From NCBI GenBank assembly GCA_963663765.2, contig CAXXUA010000013.1, positions 256,001-320,000 on the forward strand: 64,000 nucleotides of DNA, read 5' to 3'. The stretch is from Candidatus Poribacteria bacterium. GTDB taxonomy: Bacteria; Poribacteria; WGA-4E; WGA-3G. The notes beneath the pieces were generated by a model. The model made no database searches. It was given only the letters and a program-made list of their open reading frames with translations, and was not told where the DNA came from. This document shows, one piece after another, positions 52,318-62,596 of the stretch. The translations under genes were made by a program, and so were the position numbers. Numbering within the stretch: position 1 is the first letter of the stretch; every line of letters starts with the position of its first letter.

Positions 52318-53866
52318 ATGTTTAGTATATCATTAGCAAGTTGTGAAGTCAAAGAATTTAGAGAAGATGCAAACCATTTTGTAGAAAAGATCAATAATGT
52401 TTTACACACCCTTAGTTCAGACAGTCTTTATGTAGACGTTATGGAGATAATAGTCTTAGAGAGGATGCGTTCGTTAGGTCAAATGATGTTAGAAATGGGT
52501 GTTCTCAAACATTCCGTTGAACAAGTTTCTGGATCTGTTGAATGTCCACAATGTCAACAAGCGTGTCGTCCGTATCGTAAAAGAGAACGCCGTATTACGA
52601 CGCTATGTGGTGTTATTCGTGTTGACCGTTGGGTGTATCGTTGTGCTTCGGGTTATTATCATTTTCCGTGGGATACGAAAGAAAAGTTGAAAGGTCAATA
52701 CACACATCGTGTAGCTGAAGTGATGTGTCGTCTATCTGCGCGTCTTGACTTCAGGGAGGCATCAGAGGAGTTGTCTCGTCAAGGGATAGAAGTCAGTCGG
52801 ACGACCCTCAATCAAAATGTGCGTGAATGGTCAAAAGCGTTGCGGGTTTCACAACAAGTGGAAACACAAAAACTTGAGGCAAATCAGCGGTGGTATGTCA
52901 GTTGTGATGGCTGTTATACGAACTCACCGGATGGGTGGACTGAAGTGAAAGTAGGAAGTATTTATAGAGATTACCCGCACTATGGTTCTATTGCGAAAGC
53001 GAGTGTTAGAACGCCAAGTATTCGTTATGTTGCGACCCGTCATAATGCGGAAGACTTTGGTAAGGAGTTGTATGCGTTAGCCACCAACAGCGGTATCTAT
53101 CAAGAAGATATAGATACACAAGAGGTTGTCTTTATTGGCGATGGTGCTGCGTGGATTTGGAACTTAGCGGATGAATACTTCCCGAATGCCGTTGAGATTG
53201 TGGATTACATGCACGCCACATCTCATCTGTATAATGTTGCGAAACACGCCTTCGGTGAGATGGAAACAGAAGCGATAGAAGCCTGGATCAAAGCAACAGA
53301 ACCGCTCCTTTACGATGGCAACATCACAGAAGTCGTTTCAAGCATCCGTGCCTTAGCCACACAGCACCCGGAAGTTTCAGATAGTTTAGAAAGAGAAGCA
53401 AGATATTTTGAAAAACATGCAAAACGTATGCACTATAAAGTATTTAGAGAAAAAGGGTATCAGATTGGTAGTGGCGTAATTGAGAGTGCCTGTAAACATG
53501 TTATTGGACAAAGATGTAAACAAGCTTCTATGACGACTTGTGCCAGTTAATCAATTGTTTTTATAGTTATCACATATATTAGGTTTATAATGCACACATA
53601 TCGTCCCTACGGGACTAAAGAGGGTGTACTATGACGTTTTTCTATAAACATATCGTCCCTACAGGACTGAAGATCGTTACAAACTATGAAGTACACCTGC
53701 AAAACGTCATGTTTATGTGAAACAATGATTAACATATAGTTATTTAGCACAACTCGTTTCTATGAGATGGGAGAAACCGGGTATCAATGCTGTTCTAAGT
53801 TGGAGGTGTCTGTTGAAGAATAATGCCTGGGACAGATATTGGTATCCAGACACAAAAGCCGCATAA
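52318..53866 (+). pseudogene. ISKra4/ISLre2-like DDE transposase interrupted near its C-terminus
   Basis: CPQC, SCDG, GDGAAWIW, DYMHA, IGSGVIESACKH; missing tail MRWEKPGINAVLSWRCLLKNNAWDRYWYPDTKAA* resumes after 53757. Confidence 0.88.
53534..53756. mobile_element. MITE family D (223 bp) inserted in the transposase
   Basis: Imperfect TIR CGACTTGTGCCAGTTAA / TTATTTAGCACAACTCG; TSD (c/t)TTCTATGA; removal restores the frame. Confidence 0.88.
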
Positions 53867-53893
53867 CACTTAGTTACAAAATTTTACACACCC

Positions 53894-53921
53894 CTCTCCC
53901 ACAAGGTTTTGTGGGAGAGTT
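53894..53921. terminator. hairpin downstream of the 706-aa gene; IS target site
   Basis: ctctcccacaa-ggtt-ttgtgggagag; before IS insertion it abutted the A-run at ~51507 (U-tract on minus strand). Confidence 0.6.
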
Positions 53922-53929
53922 CTAATCTT

Positions 53930-56050
53930 TTATTGCATCGGTCCCATTCCAGACATCATCATCATAGTTTGTATCAACTGTTTGAAGTCACCAAAGGCGA
54001 TATGGAATTTTGTGCCGATTCCACCATCCTGTACTTTTGCAGAAAAACCGATGCTGTAGTTTTCAGGTACTCCCATCAACATACCCATAAACATCTGCAT
54101 TTCTGCTGCTGCGTTTGGATCAGCTCTTCCCATCATATTCACAACGCTTTTTGCAGCCGTTAAAGGAGAAAAACCCATTATAAAGTTATTATCTTTCCCC
54201 AACACTTCAATGAGTCTTTGATAACTCAAGTTAGCTGCCAGTTTGTCACCTTCTTCGGATTTACTATCCAGTGCTAACTTAATTAATTCTGGTCCACCTA
54301 AAGCAAAATATAGATGTCCATCAGAAAATGCGTAAGACCACTGCCATTCTTGCGGTATAAGCATGGCAATTTCATCAGGAAGTTCTCCCAGTGCTGAACC
54401 AAAATTGGGAAATACATAAGACTTGATCTCAACTTCGTTATGCATGATAGGTTCACCCATATACGCATTTTCATAAATGCTCAATTGAGGAGAATCACCT
54501 ATATGTTCTTTCATAAGATCAACCATAGCTTGAAGTTGCACTAATATTTTCTCATCGTAATAGGCTTTAACTTTTTCTTCATCCTTGACTTCATAGATTG
54601 TCAGATAGTCAGGGATGAGACTGTTACCAAAATTAATTGTAAAAGTCCATTCATCACCAATAGACTCATACATTTCTTTCATTGGTTGGAATATCTTTTC
54701 AAAATCTTGTAACTGTTCAGTTTGCTCGTTAAATAATGCTTTTACGAATAGCGTGCTTAAGTCGAGCAACATTGATGTATTACCTTGAAGTGCACCTGCC
54801 ATGAAACCGATATTTGGCAATTCATCTATGAGACTTAAATCTCCAGGTTTCATGTCCTTTAATAAATCATGTACTTTTCCGTCGTTCTTGAAATTTAGGT
54901 CCAGCGAGAATAGAACATCTGTTCCGTTGACCTGTATTGTTGAACCAACAGATTTCGCATCTTCAACAAACATGAGCAATTTATCAATCATGTTTTCTAA
55001 CATTGGCACTGAAGCCATTGATGCAGGATCACTTTCCATTGCATCTACAATAGACTGTTTTCCTTCAATCAACATGGCACTAAAAGGTGCTATGATGGAT
55101 TCAAGGTCGAATAAGGCATATACCTGTTCCTTTGCTTCCAATATATTGCTGAGAAATGTAGTATAATCCGTATTATTTTGGATTGAGTTCTTTGCACCTT
55201 TTTTGATATCAATGATGTTCTCACATACTTCAGGCATCTGTGAAAACACAAATATGTTTTCTAAAATAGCGAAACTTCCGCTCCCTTCAGCTGAACTCCA
55301 GTATGTAACTCCATTGTATTCTTTGGGTTCACTACCTTCAGCTTCAGCATCAATAACATCTTTTATTGCAACTGGATCCGTTAAGTGAACTATTGCAGAT
55401 AGGTTAAGTGGGTCTAAACTTGTCATGAAGACAGCAAAATCTTGGTTCAAATCAAGACCAATTTCCTCTAACTCTGACAAACTTTCAAATCCTGCACTAA
55501 ACAAACCTGCCAAAATATTAGCCAAGACCTCTTGTTCAGGTCCAGCTTGCGGCATCAGATCCTCGGCTAACCTATTTACTCTATCATTCAACTCAAGCAA
55601 GCTGGGACAATAGATGATTCCCATAGCTGATTCAGGGATGAGATTTAAAACACTTTCATCAGGTAAATCAACTTTTTCTTTTAAGACATCTGAATTTTGT
55701 TGATTGGAACTTGAGTCAACTTTTACATCTGCTGAAACAAAACTTGTTCTTACCTTCACATCAGCTTCTACGAATTGTGGTTTTACATGTTGAATTGTTT
55801 CAGGTGAACGTGGTCTGTCACGTAGGTCTGATTCAGGTGAACGGCGCAGTTGTTCTCTGAGTTCTGCTTCAGATGTATTAGATTTATTGCTTATTTCAGT
55901 TTCATTAGAAATAACTGCTTTTGTCTTTATAATACTTTCTATATGGGAAGTTTCAACTGATGAAGTAGATTCTTTTGTTCCATAAGCAATAAATACCAAC
56001 ATTGATAGTAAAACAATAGTGATAATGTTTAAATGCAAATACCTTTTCAT
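53930..56050 (-). CDS. large exported hypothetical protein
   Basis: 706 aa, N-terminal signal/TM, low-complexity linker, acidic and Met-rich body; family not recognised. Confidence 0.8.
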   Translation of the reverse strand: MKRYLHLNIITIVLLSMLVFIAYGTKESTSSVETSHIESIIKTKAVISNETEISNKSNTSEAELREQLRRSPESDLRDRPRSPETIQHVKPQFVEADVKVRTSFVSADVKVDSSSNQQNSDVLKEKVDLPDESVLNLIPESAMGIIYCPSLLELNDRVNRLAEDLMPQAGPEQEVLANILAGLFSAGFESLSELEEIGLDLNQDFAVFMTSLDPLNLSAIVHLTDPVAIKDVIDAEAEGSEPKEYNGVTYWSSAEGSGSFAILENIFVFSQMPEVCENIIDIKKGAKNSIQNNTDYTTFLSNILEAKEQVYALFDLESIIAPFSAMLIEGKQSIVDAMESDPASMASVPMLENMIDKLLMFVEDAKSVGSTIQVNGTDVLFSLDLNFKNDGKVHDLLKDMKPGDLSLIDELPNIGFMAGALQGNTSMLLDLSTLFVKALFNEQTEQLQDFEKIFQPMKEMYESIGDEWTFTINFGNSLIPDYLTIYEVKDEEKVKAYYDEKILVQLQAMVDLMKEHIGDSPQLSIYENAYMGEPIMHNEVEIKSYVFPNFGSALGELPDEIAMLIPQEWQWSYAFSDGHLYFALGGPELIKLALDSKSEEGDKLAANLSYQRLIEVLGKDNNFIMGFSPLTAAKSVVNMMGRADPNAAAEMQMFMGMLMGVPENYSIGFSAKVQDGGIGTKFHIAFGDFKQLIQTMMMMSGMGPMQ

Positions 56051-56090
56051 TGGATTCTCCTATGATTGTTATTCCATTAGATTAGATGCC

Positions 56091-57212
56091 TTAATTAGAC
56101 GTATTTGATATTTTTTCTTGAATTGCGTTAATCTCATTTTTAGATGTTAACACACTAATTTCAACTTCATAATGACGACGACCGCCAGGTTCAATATGTT
56201 GTAAAGTACCGTTCTCTCTTTCAGATGCTCTTCCTTCAACTTTGCAGTTAGATGGTTCTAAACCCATCACATAAGCTCCATGACCGCACATTTTCCACTG
56301 AACAAAATTAGGGAATTGTGTTTTATGGTACCGCACGGCTATACCGATACCTTGACCTTGATTAAAACCATGATTAACAAGTGCTACACGAATATGATTA
56401 TCTACATCAGGTTCCATTTTGTGGTAGTAGACCTGTTCCTGAAAATCGACGGAAGGCGGTTCACCAAAGTTATATTTTGTGATATTATTTTTTGCATGAT
56501 CGTCACGGGGTGTTACTTGAGAAGAAGGAGCTAGCAATTCACTTCCATCTGCAAGTATTGGAAAACCAATATTGATGTGAAAAAGATACATGTGTGGACA
56601 ATCTTGATATCCAAGATTTTCAATAATGTCTTCAATATGTATTTTGTTTGATCCTAATTCTGTCCAGATGCGGCGTGTGCGACATAAATGTTCACCCAAT
56701 GCTGTGATTTCTGATACCTTACCTTGTACCCACATGATGTATCTGTTACCTTCCCATCGGGTATCAACCCAAACATTTTTCGCTGGTATGTGTGAAACTC
56801 TACCATGAAGACCGAGGTCTTCATCACCGTCAACGTTAGGTGATCCAGCTTGTATCATTCCGCATGTTGTCAACAATCCACCATAGAAACCGCGCAACCA
56901 TCCGAGTCCATTGGGATCGTAATGAGATGCTTCTACATCACCTGTTCCTGAACGCCAACATAGTGGAATTCCATTGTAATCTGCATAGGAAATGTCCAAA
57001 CCCCTGTTTGGCAACACAGTGAAGTTTAATCCTGAACCCGTGCGAAAGCCGATTGCATCTGTTCCTTTCTCATTACCATCATTAAGTTGGTAAACCTTCG
57101 CTTCTGCTACTTGGGATATATCCCCCAAGTGGCGAAGCAATTGTATTCTATCATAGTTTTCTCCATATAGATGTATCAATTCATCGTTCTCCTTAACTAT
57201 GAGATTTGTCAT
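56091..57212 (-). CDS. aldose 1-epimerase-like protein (DUF4432)
   Basis: RGLDI, GGLLTTCG, LHGRVS, YLFHINIGFP, MGLEPSN. Confidence 0.85.
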   Translation of the reverse strand: MTNLIVKENDELIHLYGENYDRIQLLRHLGDISQVAEAKVYQLNDGNEKGTDAIGFRTGSGLNFTVLPNRGLDISYADYNGIPLCWRSGTGDVEASHYDPNGLGWLRGFYGGLLTTCGMIQAGSPNVDGDEDLGLHGRVSHIPAKNVWVDTRWEGNRYIMWVQGKVSEITALGEHLCRTRRIWTELGSNKIHIEDIIENLGYQDCPHMYLFHINIGFPILADGSELLAPSSQVTPRDDHAKNNITKYNFGEPPSVDFQEQVYYHKMEPDVDNHIRVALVNHGFNQGQGIGIAVRYHKTQFPNFVQWKMCGHGAYVMGLEPSNCKVEGRASERENGTLQHIEPGGRRHYEVEISVLTSKNEINAIQEKISNTSN

Positions 57213-57330
57213 TTAGATAAAATGTTTTTGATTTTTCGGCATTATAGCATGTTCACAAAGTAAATTCAAACAGTTATTGTATTCTAATTGATAAACTTTA
57301 ACGACAAAAGATAGACAAAGTTAACATCAC

Positions 57331-58497
57331 TTATATTTCTGATCTTAATATCTCTGCGGCTTTATATATAGTCTGTATCTTTTGTGCTGCAATATCTATA
57401 GTGTTTACTGGACGGTCAGCGAAAGTTCCAAAACCACAATCTGGATTAAGATATATCTGTTCTGGGTTGCGATGTTTTAGTAGAGGACGCACCTTTTCTA
57501 TGACAAAATCAACAGATTCAATGTTGGTTGTGCGCGGATCAACCACACCGAGTCCAATCTCTTTGTCAGACGGTAACTCGCTTAGTACTTCGGTACTTCC
57601 TGCGCGTTCTGTAGCATATTCTAACACAAATTGATTAATATTCATCCTACTAAAATAGGGAATTAGACTGTCATAAGAACCGCGCAAAAGGACATCTTCC
57701 TGTTGACTCCAGTTACCACGGCAGACATGAAGTGCGGTTTTGATGTTGCTATCTATTCCCTCAACGACACGATTCATCAGTTCCACTGCGAAATTGAGTT
57801 CTTCCTCAGGGCTGCTTTTTTCTGAAAGAGCAGCGCACATAAAGGTATGGGTTTCATGCGGTCCCGTAAATGCAACTTCGGTGAGTACAGGTTCATCAAA
57901 TTGCACAAATCCGCAGCCTGCTTCCTGTAAATCGTGCAATTCTTGGCGAAGTATTGCTACGACATCATCGCCAAGTGATTCTTTATCAGGATAAAACTCA
58001 TAAGATAACTTCTTTACCCACATTGAACGGGTCAAAAGGTAGGGACCGGGAAGGGTGACTTTGATGGGTTTTGTCGTGTGTTCTTTGAGAAAGTGGTAGT
58101 CGTTCAAGACAAGGGGTGATGTACGTTTCAGTTTACCATCAACGACCGGATTTTTTAGTGCAAATGCTGGAACATCAAGAGCGTTGAGTAGTTGTTCAAA
58201 CGCTGCTTTGTCTTCAACATAGTCAAGCATTTCTGCCAGTGTCATAAGTCTGATACCGTCAATGCATCCTGTGATGAATGAATAGAAGTTGTCACGACGT
58301 TGTTCACCATCACTAACGATGTCTACTCCATTTGCTTCTTGTAACTTGAGGCTTTCAATTACTGCTTCATCAGCAATCGTATCAAACTCTTCATCCGTGA
58401 TACGTCCTTTTTGTTTGTCGCGTAATGCCCGTGAAACTGTCTTGTATCGTGGCATGCTGCCGACAACGGTCACTGGGAATTGTGGTAAATTGTTCAC
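57331..58497 (-). CDS. cobalamin-independent methionine synthase II-like protein (MetE catalytic half only)
   Basis: VVGSMPR, SDGEQRR, QFDEP, Zn ligands HVC / LEY / NPDCGF. Confidence 0.88.
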   Translation of the reverse strand: MNNLPQFPVTVVGSMPRYKTVSRALRDKQKGRITDEEFDTIADEAVIESLKLQEANGVDIVSDGEQRRDNFYSFITGCIDGIRLMTLAEMLDYVEDKAAFEQLLNALDVPAFALKNPVVDGKLKRTSPLVLNDYHFLKEHTTKPIKVTLPGPYLLTRSMWVKKLSYEFYPDKESLGDDVVAILRQELHDLQEAGCGFVQFDEPVLTEVAFTGPHETHTFMCAALSEKSSPEEELNFAVELMNRVVEGIDSNIKTALHVCRGNWSQQEDVLLRGSYDSLIPYFSRMNINQFVLEYATERAGSTEVLSELPSDKEIGLGVVDPRTTNIESVDFVIEKVRPLLKHRNPEQIYLNPDCGFGTFADRPVNTIDIAAQKIQTIYKAAEILRSEI

Positions 58498-58518
58498 TGT
58501 TCTGCTCTCCTTCTCATT

Positions 58519-58731
58519 TTATTCATCTGTTGATTCTACTAACTCTCTTTCAAAAACTATAATCACAGCGGTTGATTCACCAAAAGCTGCTGCAGGTTGA
58601 ATAACCTCACATAGTCTCCAACCTTCATTTCCTTCGCGATTTAGTGTGTCTTCAAGTTCTGGTATCTTTCTGGACTTAAAACCCCATCCCTTTTGACTTA
58701 CTCTCACAGTTTTGTATTCGTATTTTGTCAT
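58519..58731 (-). CDS. DUF4177 small protein
   Basis: KYEYKTV...LNREGNEGWRL...FERE. Confidence 0.82.
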   Translation of the reverse strand: MTKYEYKTVRVSQKGWGFKSRKIPELEDTLNREGNEGWRLCEVIQPAAAFGESTAVIIVFERELVESTDE

Positions 58732-59076
58732 GACGAAATAACCTTAATCTGCTTTATATACAGGCATCAACAGAAAAATCTATGATGTATGCGGAAAGTT
58801 CTTCAATAGTCGCATCTGCGTTTCCGTTCAGTTACCCATAGGCTGCTATGAAACTTGTAGGTGTTCCATATTTTCTGCAGTTACTTCTTTGCTAAACTCA
58901 TCATCACTGATATTGTTTTGCTCAAAGAGGTCGAATAACTCAACACATGTGATGATGGAATTAACTTGGATGTTTACGCTTTGTGGTGTCATAGTTATAC
59001 CTAAAATTAAATTAATAATAATTCCTTGATAAAAACTAGATATGTTACAGTTTACAGTAATCATTGTAATTATCTG

Positions 59077-60870
59077 TTATAATGATTTATAATAGTTTTG
59101 AATCTTAGCTGATATGAGATTTCTACGCTCTTTCAAAAACTCATCATAACTTTCCACTGTTTTAGTTTCTATTTCTCGTGGTATGCAATGAGAATCTAAA
59201 TTTGCTTGTAACTGTGCATGATCACTTATTCCTCCGAATTGAGGCGTTCCGTTTTGGCACTGCTCACTTACCATCGAAAAGTATGCCGCAGGTTCTTTTG
59301 CACCAATAGCGATATTGATTTCGCTTTGCATCACAACATAGTTAGCAATCTGATTGTAACTTCCAGGTGTTAACCCATGACTCTGTAAATACTTACGTGG
59401 AAATATGTGATGAATATTAGATTGTCCTTCAAGAAGATCTCTAACTGAGATATCGCTTGAGAGAAAACCTTTATCGTTTGCCTTAACTTGGCTTGCCAGA
59501 AAAACATTAAAATAAGGACTACTTGCTACAGACGTGTCCATATTTTGTGGAAGACCAACTTCCCAGAAAGCATCAGAAAGGTCAGCTAGTTCTATTTTCT
59601 TTAGATACTGTTCTGCCCCATGTTCATTAATGTTTCGAATGTCAACGTCAAATGCAGTTTCGGGGGAACCTGTGTACCTGGCGGTCAGGATTGACATTGC
59701 AAACCACCGTCTAACCATGGTCTCTATCTTAGATGCTTCTAAGTTTTCCTTTCGTAATGTTAAATAGAGGATGTAAGCAAAATTGAGTGTGTTTTTTGAT
59801 CTTATCATTGAAGCAGTAACAAATCCTGCAGATCGCAAAATCATAATAAAACGTTTAAAGTTAGTCTCATTCATGTAACGCTGAACACCATTTTTAAGTA
59901 TGCTAAATGAATTTTCTGCTATAGATTCTTCAAAACTACGAGTTTCAAAGTTACGTCCCGATAGTAAAGCAACTAAATCACTCAAGCGTCCTCTTTTAAA
60001 TTCAGTCGTAAAGGTTACTCTAAGCATATCAGTATAGGAAGGATCATAAAGATCTTCCCTTTCATGTCTTAACCATTCCATTGTCCTGAAGTAATCAGTA
60101 TTTACAAAGCTACCATCTTGGCTTACGGTGTTATATGATTCTGGTGCGACAGCAAGATGACAAAAATAATCTATACTTTTACGTAGCAAATGACCTTCAT
60201 ATTTCTCGCTTGCAGCCATTTTGGACATTGCAAAATCTGCAGTGTTCAATGCAACACCCTGAGAATTTATACGGACAAATATCTCAGTAACTGTATTTAC
60301 ATCCAAATCAGGCTTTAATTCAATTAATCCAAGCGTATTGTTAAGGATTCCTTTTAAGCAATCAATATTGTCATCAATGGTATCTGTATCCATGTCTTTG
60401 TTGATTCTGCAGTACTCATCTACTAATTTTCGCGCTCGGGTGTCTGGATCAAAAACAACAGCAATATCTGGTATCCACTCATTACTTTTTTTATTTGCAG
60501 CGTTGGATACTTCAAAACGCCCTTCACAAGGATGAAAAGCAATCGTTATCCGTTTATGAGAATAGTCTTTGTTGAAAACCATCTGTCCTAACAAAGCTGC
60601 AAAAAGTGCCGTTACACGTTGTTGACCATCTATAAGTATACGTTTTCCGTTTGACTTTGAACCATCTTTGAGTCGGACATCTGGAGTGCGCCAAGTAATG
60701 AGATAGCCAACAGGATATCCCCGGTAGAGTGAATCAATTAAATCGCGAACTTTTGTGGAATTCCAGACAAATGGACGCTGAATTTCTGGAATAGCGATTT
60801 CATCTGAATTGTTCCAAGCAAGTATTGTTTGTATAGACTGTTGATTTACATCGTATTGATGAATTGGCAT
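59077..60870 (-). CDS. GmrSD-like type IV restriction protein (DUF262 + HNH-like C-terminus)
   Basis: IPEIQRPFVW, LIDSLYRGYPVG, IDGQQR, FVRINSQG, HHIFPR..NQIAN. Confidence 0.88.
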   Translation of the reverse strand: MPIHQYDVNQQSIQTILAWNNSDEIAIPEIQRPFVWNSTKVRDLIDSLYRGYPVGYLITWRTPDVRLKDGSKSNGKRILIDGQQRVTALFAALLGQMVFNKDYSHKRITIAFHPCEGRFEVSNAANKKSNEWIPDIAVVFDPDTRARKLVDEYCRINKDMDTDTIDDNIDCLKGILNNTLGLIELKPDLDVNTVTEIFVRINSQGVALNTADFAMSKMAASEKYEGHLLRKSIDYFCHLAVAPESYNTVSQDGSFVNTDYFRTMEWLRHEREDLYDPSYTDMLRVTFTTEFKRGRLSDLVALLSGRNFETRSFEESIAENSFSILKNGVQRYMNETNFKRFIMILRSAGFVTASMIRSKNTLNFAYILYLTLRKENLEASKIETMVRRWFAMSILTARYTGSPETAFDVDIRNINEHGAEQYLKKIELADLSDAFWEVGLPQNMDTSVASSPYFNVFLASQVKANDKGFLSSDISVRDLLEGQSNIHHIFPRKYLQSHGLTPGSYNQIANYVVMQSEINIAIGAKEPAAYFSMVSEQCQNGTPQFGGISDHAQLQANLDSHCIPREIETKTVESYDEFLKERRNLISAKIQNYYKSL

Positions 60871-61019
60871 TTCGGTTCCTTCCTTGCGATAGATCGTGAT
60901 TTACAAAACTGCTTTGTATCTTTTTTAACTTCTCATATAAGTGTATTTACGAGGCGAGTCCGTGGTTTACTTTATGAAAGTATAACCAATATTGACTTCA
61001 TGAAGACATATTACAATTT

Positions 61020-61288
61020 TTAAAGTTGTTTGAGCAATTTCTCATATTCTGCATGATGACCAATCCAGAACCAATAAATGCTATTGTCTTCAAGCAAACC
61101 CAAAACATGCCAATCAATTCCGATTCGGATTGAATAAATAGGTTCTCTGGTATGCACACGTTTAAAATGAAGACTTGGGTGATTATTGTCTTCTTTCCAA
61201 AGGCGATAGTCTTACGAGCTTTTTCCTTTTTATCCTGAGGCAGCCGCCCAAAACGTGTGATAAAATTCTCTGTCAGATATGAGTTCAC
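61020..61288 (-). pseudogene. frameshifted RelE/ParE-like toxin
   Basis: MNSYLTENF...KARK, then alternate frame YRLWKEDNNHPSLHFKRVH..YSIRIG..WFWIGHHAEYEKLL*. Confidence 0.75.
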
Positions 61289-61502
61289 AATTCATCAATC
61301 CCCATTTGTTTCACACGACCCGCCTTAATGTCAGCACGAGCTTTTTGAGCAAGTTTAGTGAGCTGATCTTGGGATTCTGCAAAAGTCTTATCCCATCGGC
61401 GCTCATCTTCAAGTTCTTCAAGAATAATAGAAACGATGGCATCCTGCCTTTCAGGTGCGAATTTATAAATCTCAGTTCACACTTTTTCAATAGCTGCGTC
61501 AT
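61285..61502 (-). pseudogene. frameshifted cognate antitoxin
   Basis: MTQLLKK, then alternate frame QDAIVSIILEELEDERRWDKTFAESQDQLTKLAQKARADIKAGR..DEL*; GTGA overlap with toxin. Confidence 0.7.
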
Positions 61503-61687
61503 TACAATGTCCCTTATATACCTTGATAACAGATATACCTTGATAACAGATATCAACAGAAACTCCAAGATATTTTCAAAAAGTCTGTCAGAAGTAACTC
61601 GTTACGAGTCTGAATAGTTCTGTCTCAGTATAAACAAAATAGCACTTTTATCATTTCGCTAAAATTACGCATTTAATAGTCTAATTG

Positions 61688-62011
61688 TTATGATTTTATA
61701 CGCACAATCTCCCTACTATTAACTGTTTTCAGTACAGCATTAACTTGAGAAATCAACGGTACAAGATCCTCAAGTCGGTTACTCTCAGCTTCCAACAATA
61801 TAATTCCAATCTCAAAATTCTCTAAGTTTTGCTGCTTAGGAATACCTTGGTCTGTTGTGATAAAAACATCAAATTCACTTGCTGCCATTGTCAACAGTTC
61901 ACCATTTTCTTTTCCCTTCCATCCACGATAACTTACTATGACTACCTCAATATCGTCCAAAATAAATCTTCGTAGTTGAAGCGGAAGATTTTCATCAAGC
62001 AACACGCGCAT
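61688..62011 (-). CDS. DUF5615 PIN-like toxin
   Basis: MRVLLDENLP, GWKGKENGELL, FDVFITTDQGI. Confidence 0.87.
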   Translation of the reverse strand: MRVLLDENLPLQLRRFILDDIEVVIVSYRGWKGKENGELLTMAASEFDVFITTDQGIPKQQNLENFEIGIILLEAESNRLEDLVPLISQVNAVLKTVNSREIVRIKS

Positions 62012-62210
62012 CGGCAACCTCTAAAGTCATCTTTAGGTACGCAACAGCTTGCTCATGAGATACGGTCGGAAAATCGTTAAGGAAATTTTTTAGTGAATCA
62101 CCTGCAGTCAGATGTTGAATCAATACCTCAACTGGGACACGGGTCCCTGCGAAAACTAAGGCACCGTTCATTACTTTTGGGTTGTGCGAAACAATCTGTT
62201 CTTTTTTCAT
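61995..62210 (-). CDS. DUF433 antitoxin
   Basis: PKVMNGALVFAGTRVPV, GDSLKNFLNDFPTVS. Confidence 0.88.
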   Translation of the reverse strand: MKKEQIVSHNPKVMNGALVFAGTRVPVEVLIQHLTAGDSLKNFLNDFPTVSHEQAVAYLKMTLEVADARVA

Positions 62211-62214
62211 AATT

Positions 62215-62570
62215 AAATCTCCGTTGAAGCCTATATCAATAGTAGCAGGTCAATGTTGATCGGCAATTGACAGTGTGATTGTCGGCACACCGTCAGCTGT
62301 GACCGTGGCGTAAATCACTTATGGCATCCCTTACGAAAATAGGTGTCATCTCCAACCCGCTGGAAAAACAATAGAGAATCCAAACCCTCTCTGTCTCTTT
62401 GTTGAACTATCGCTTGAATTGAATCGCCGAACCAAATACGGCTATATTTTGGATCTATACCGACTGTCTTTCTGATACGTTCAGAAAGATTATTTTGCTT
62501 TTGATACGTCTCCTATATCAGTTTGCTTTTTGGGAATCGGCTTCAGTCCAATTTAAGTGTTTCATTTTGA
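62215..62570 (-). pseudogene. remnant of a small protein plus start of a clan AA aspartyl protease gene
   Basis: MKHLNWTEADSQKA/..VGIDPK..IWFGDSI..RVGDDTYFRKG, then VIYATVTADGVP..*PATIDIGFNGDL (DTGF-like motif), cut off at the DUF433 gene. Confidence 0.5.
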
Positions 62571-62596
62571 AATCTCCTTATAGTGTTTTTTCCATA

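Larger units (their letters stand above)
51523..53893 (+). mobile_element. ISKra4/ISLre2-like insertion sequence with nested insertions
   Basis: TIR GGATGTGTAAAGTTTTTGTCAC / GTTACAAAATTTTACACACCC; 9-bp TSD CTCTCCCAC at 51514 and 53894. Confidence 0.88.
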
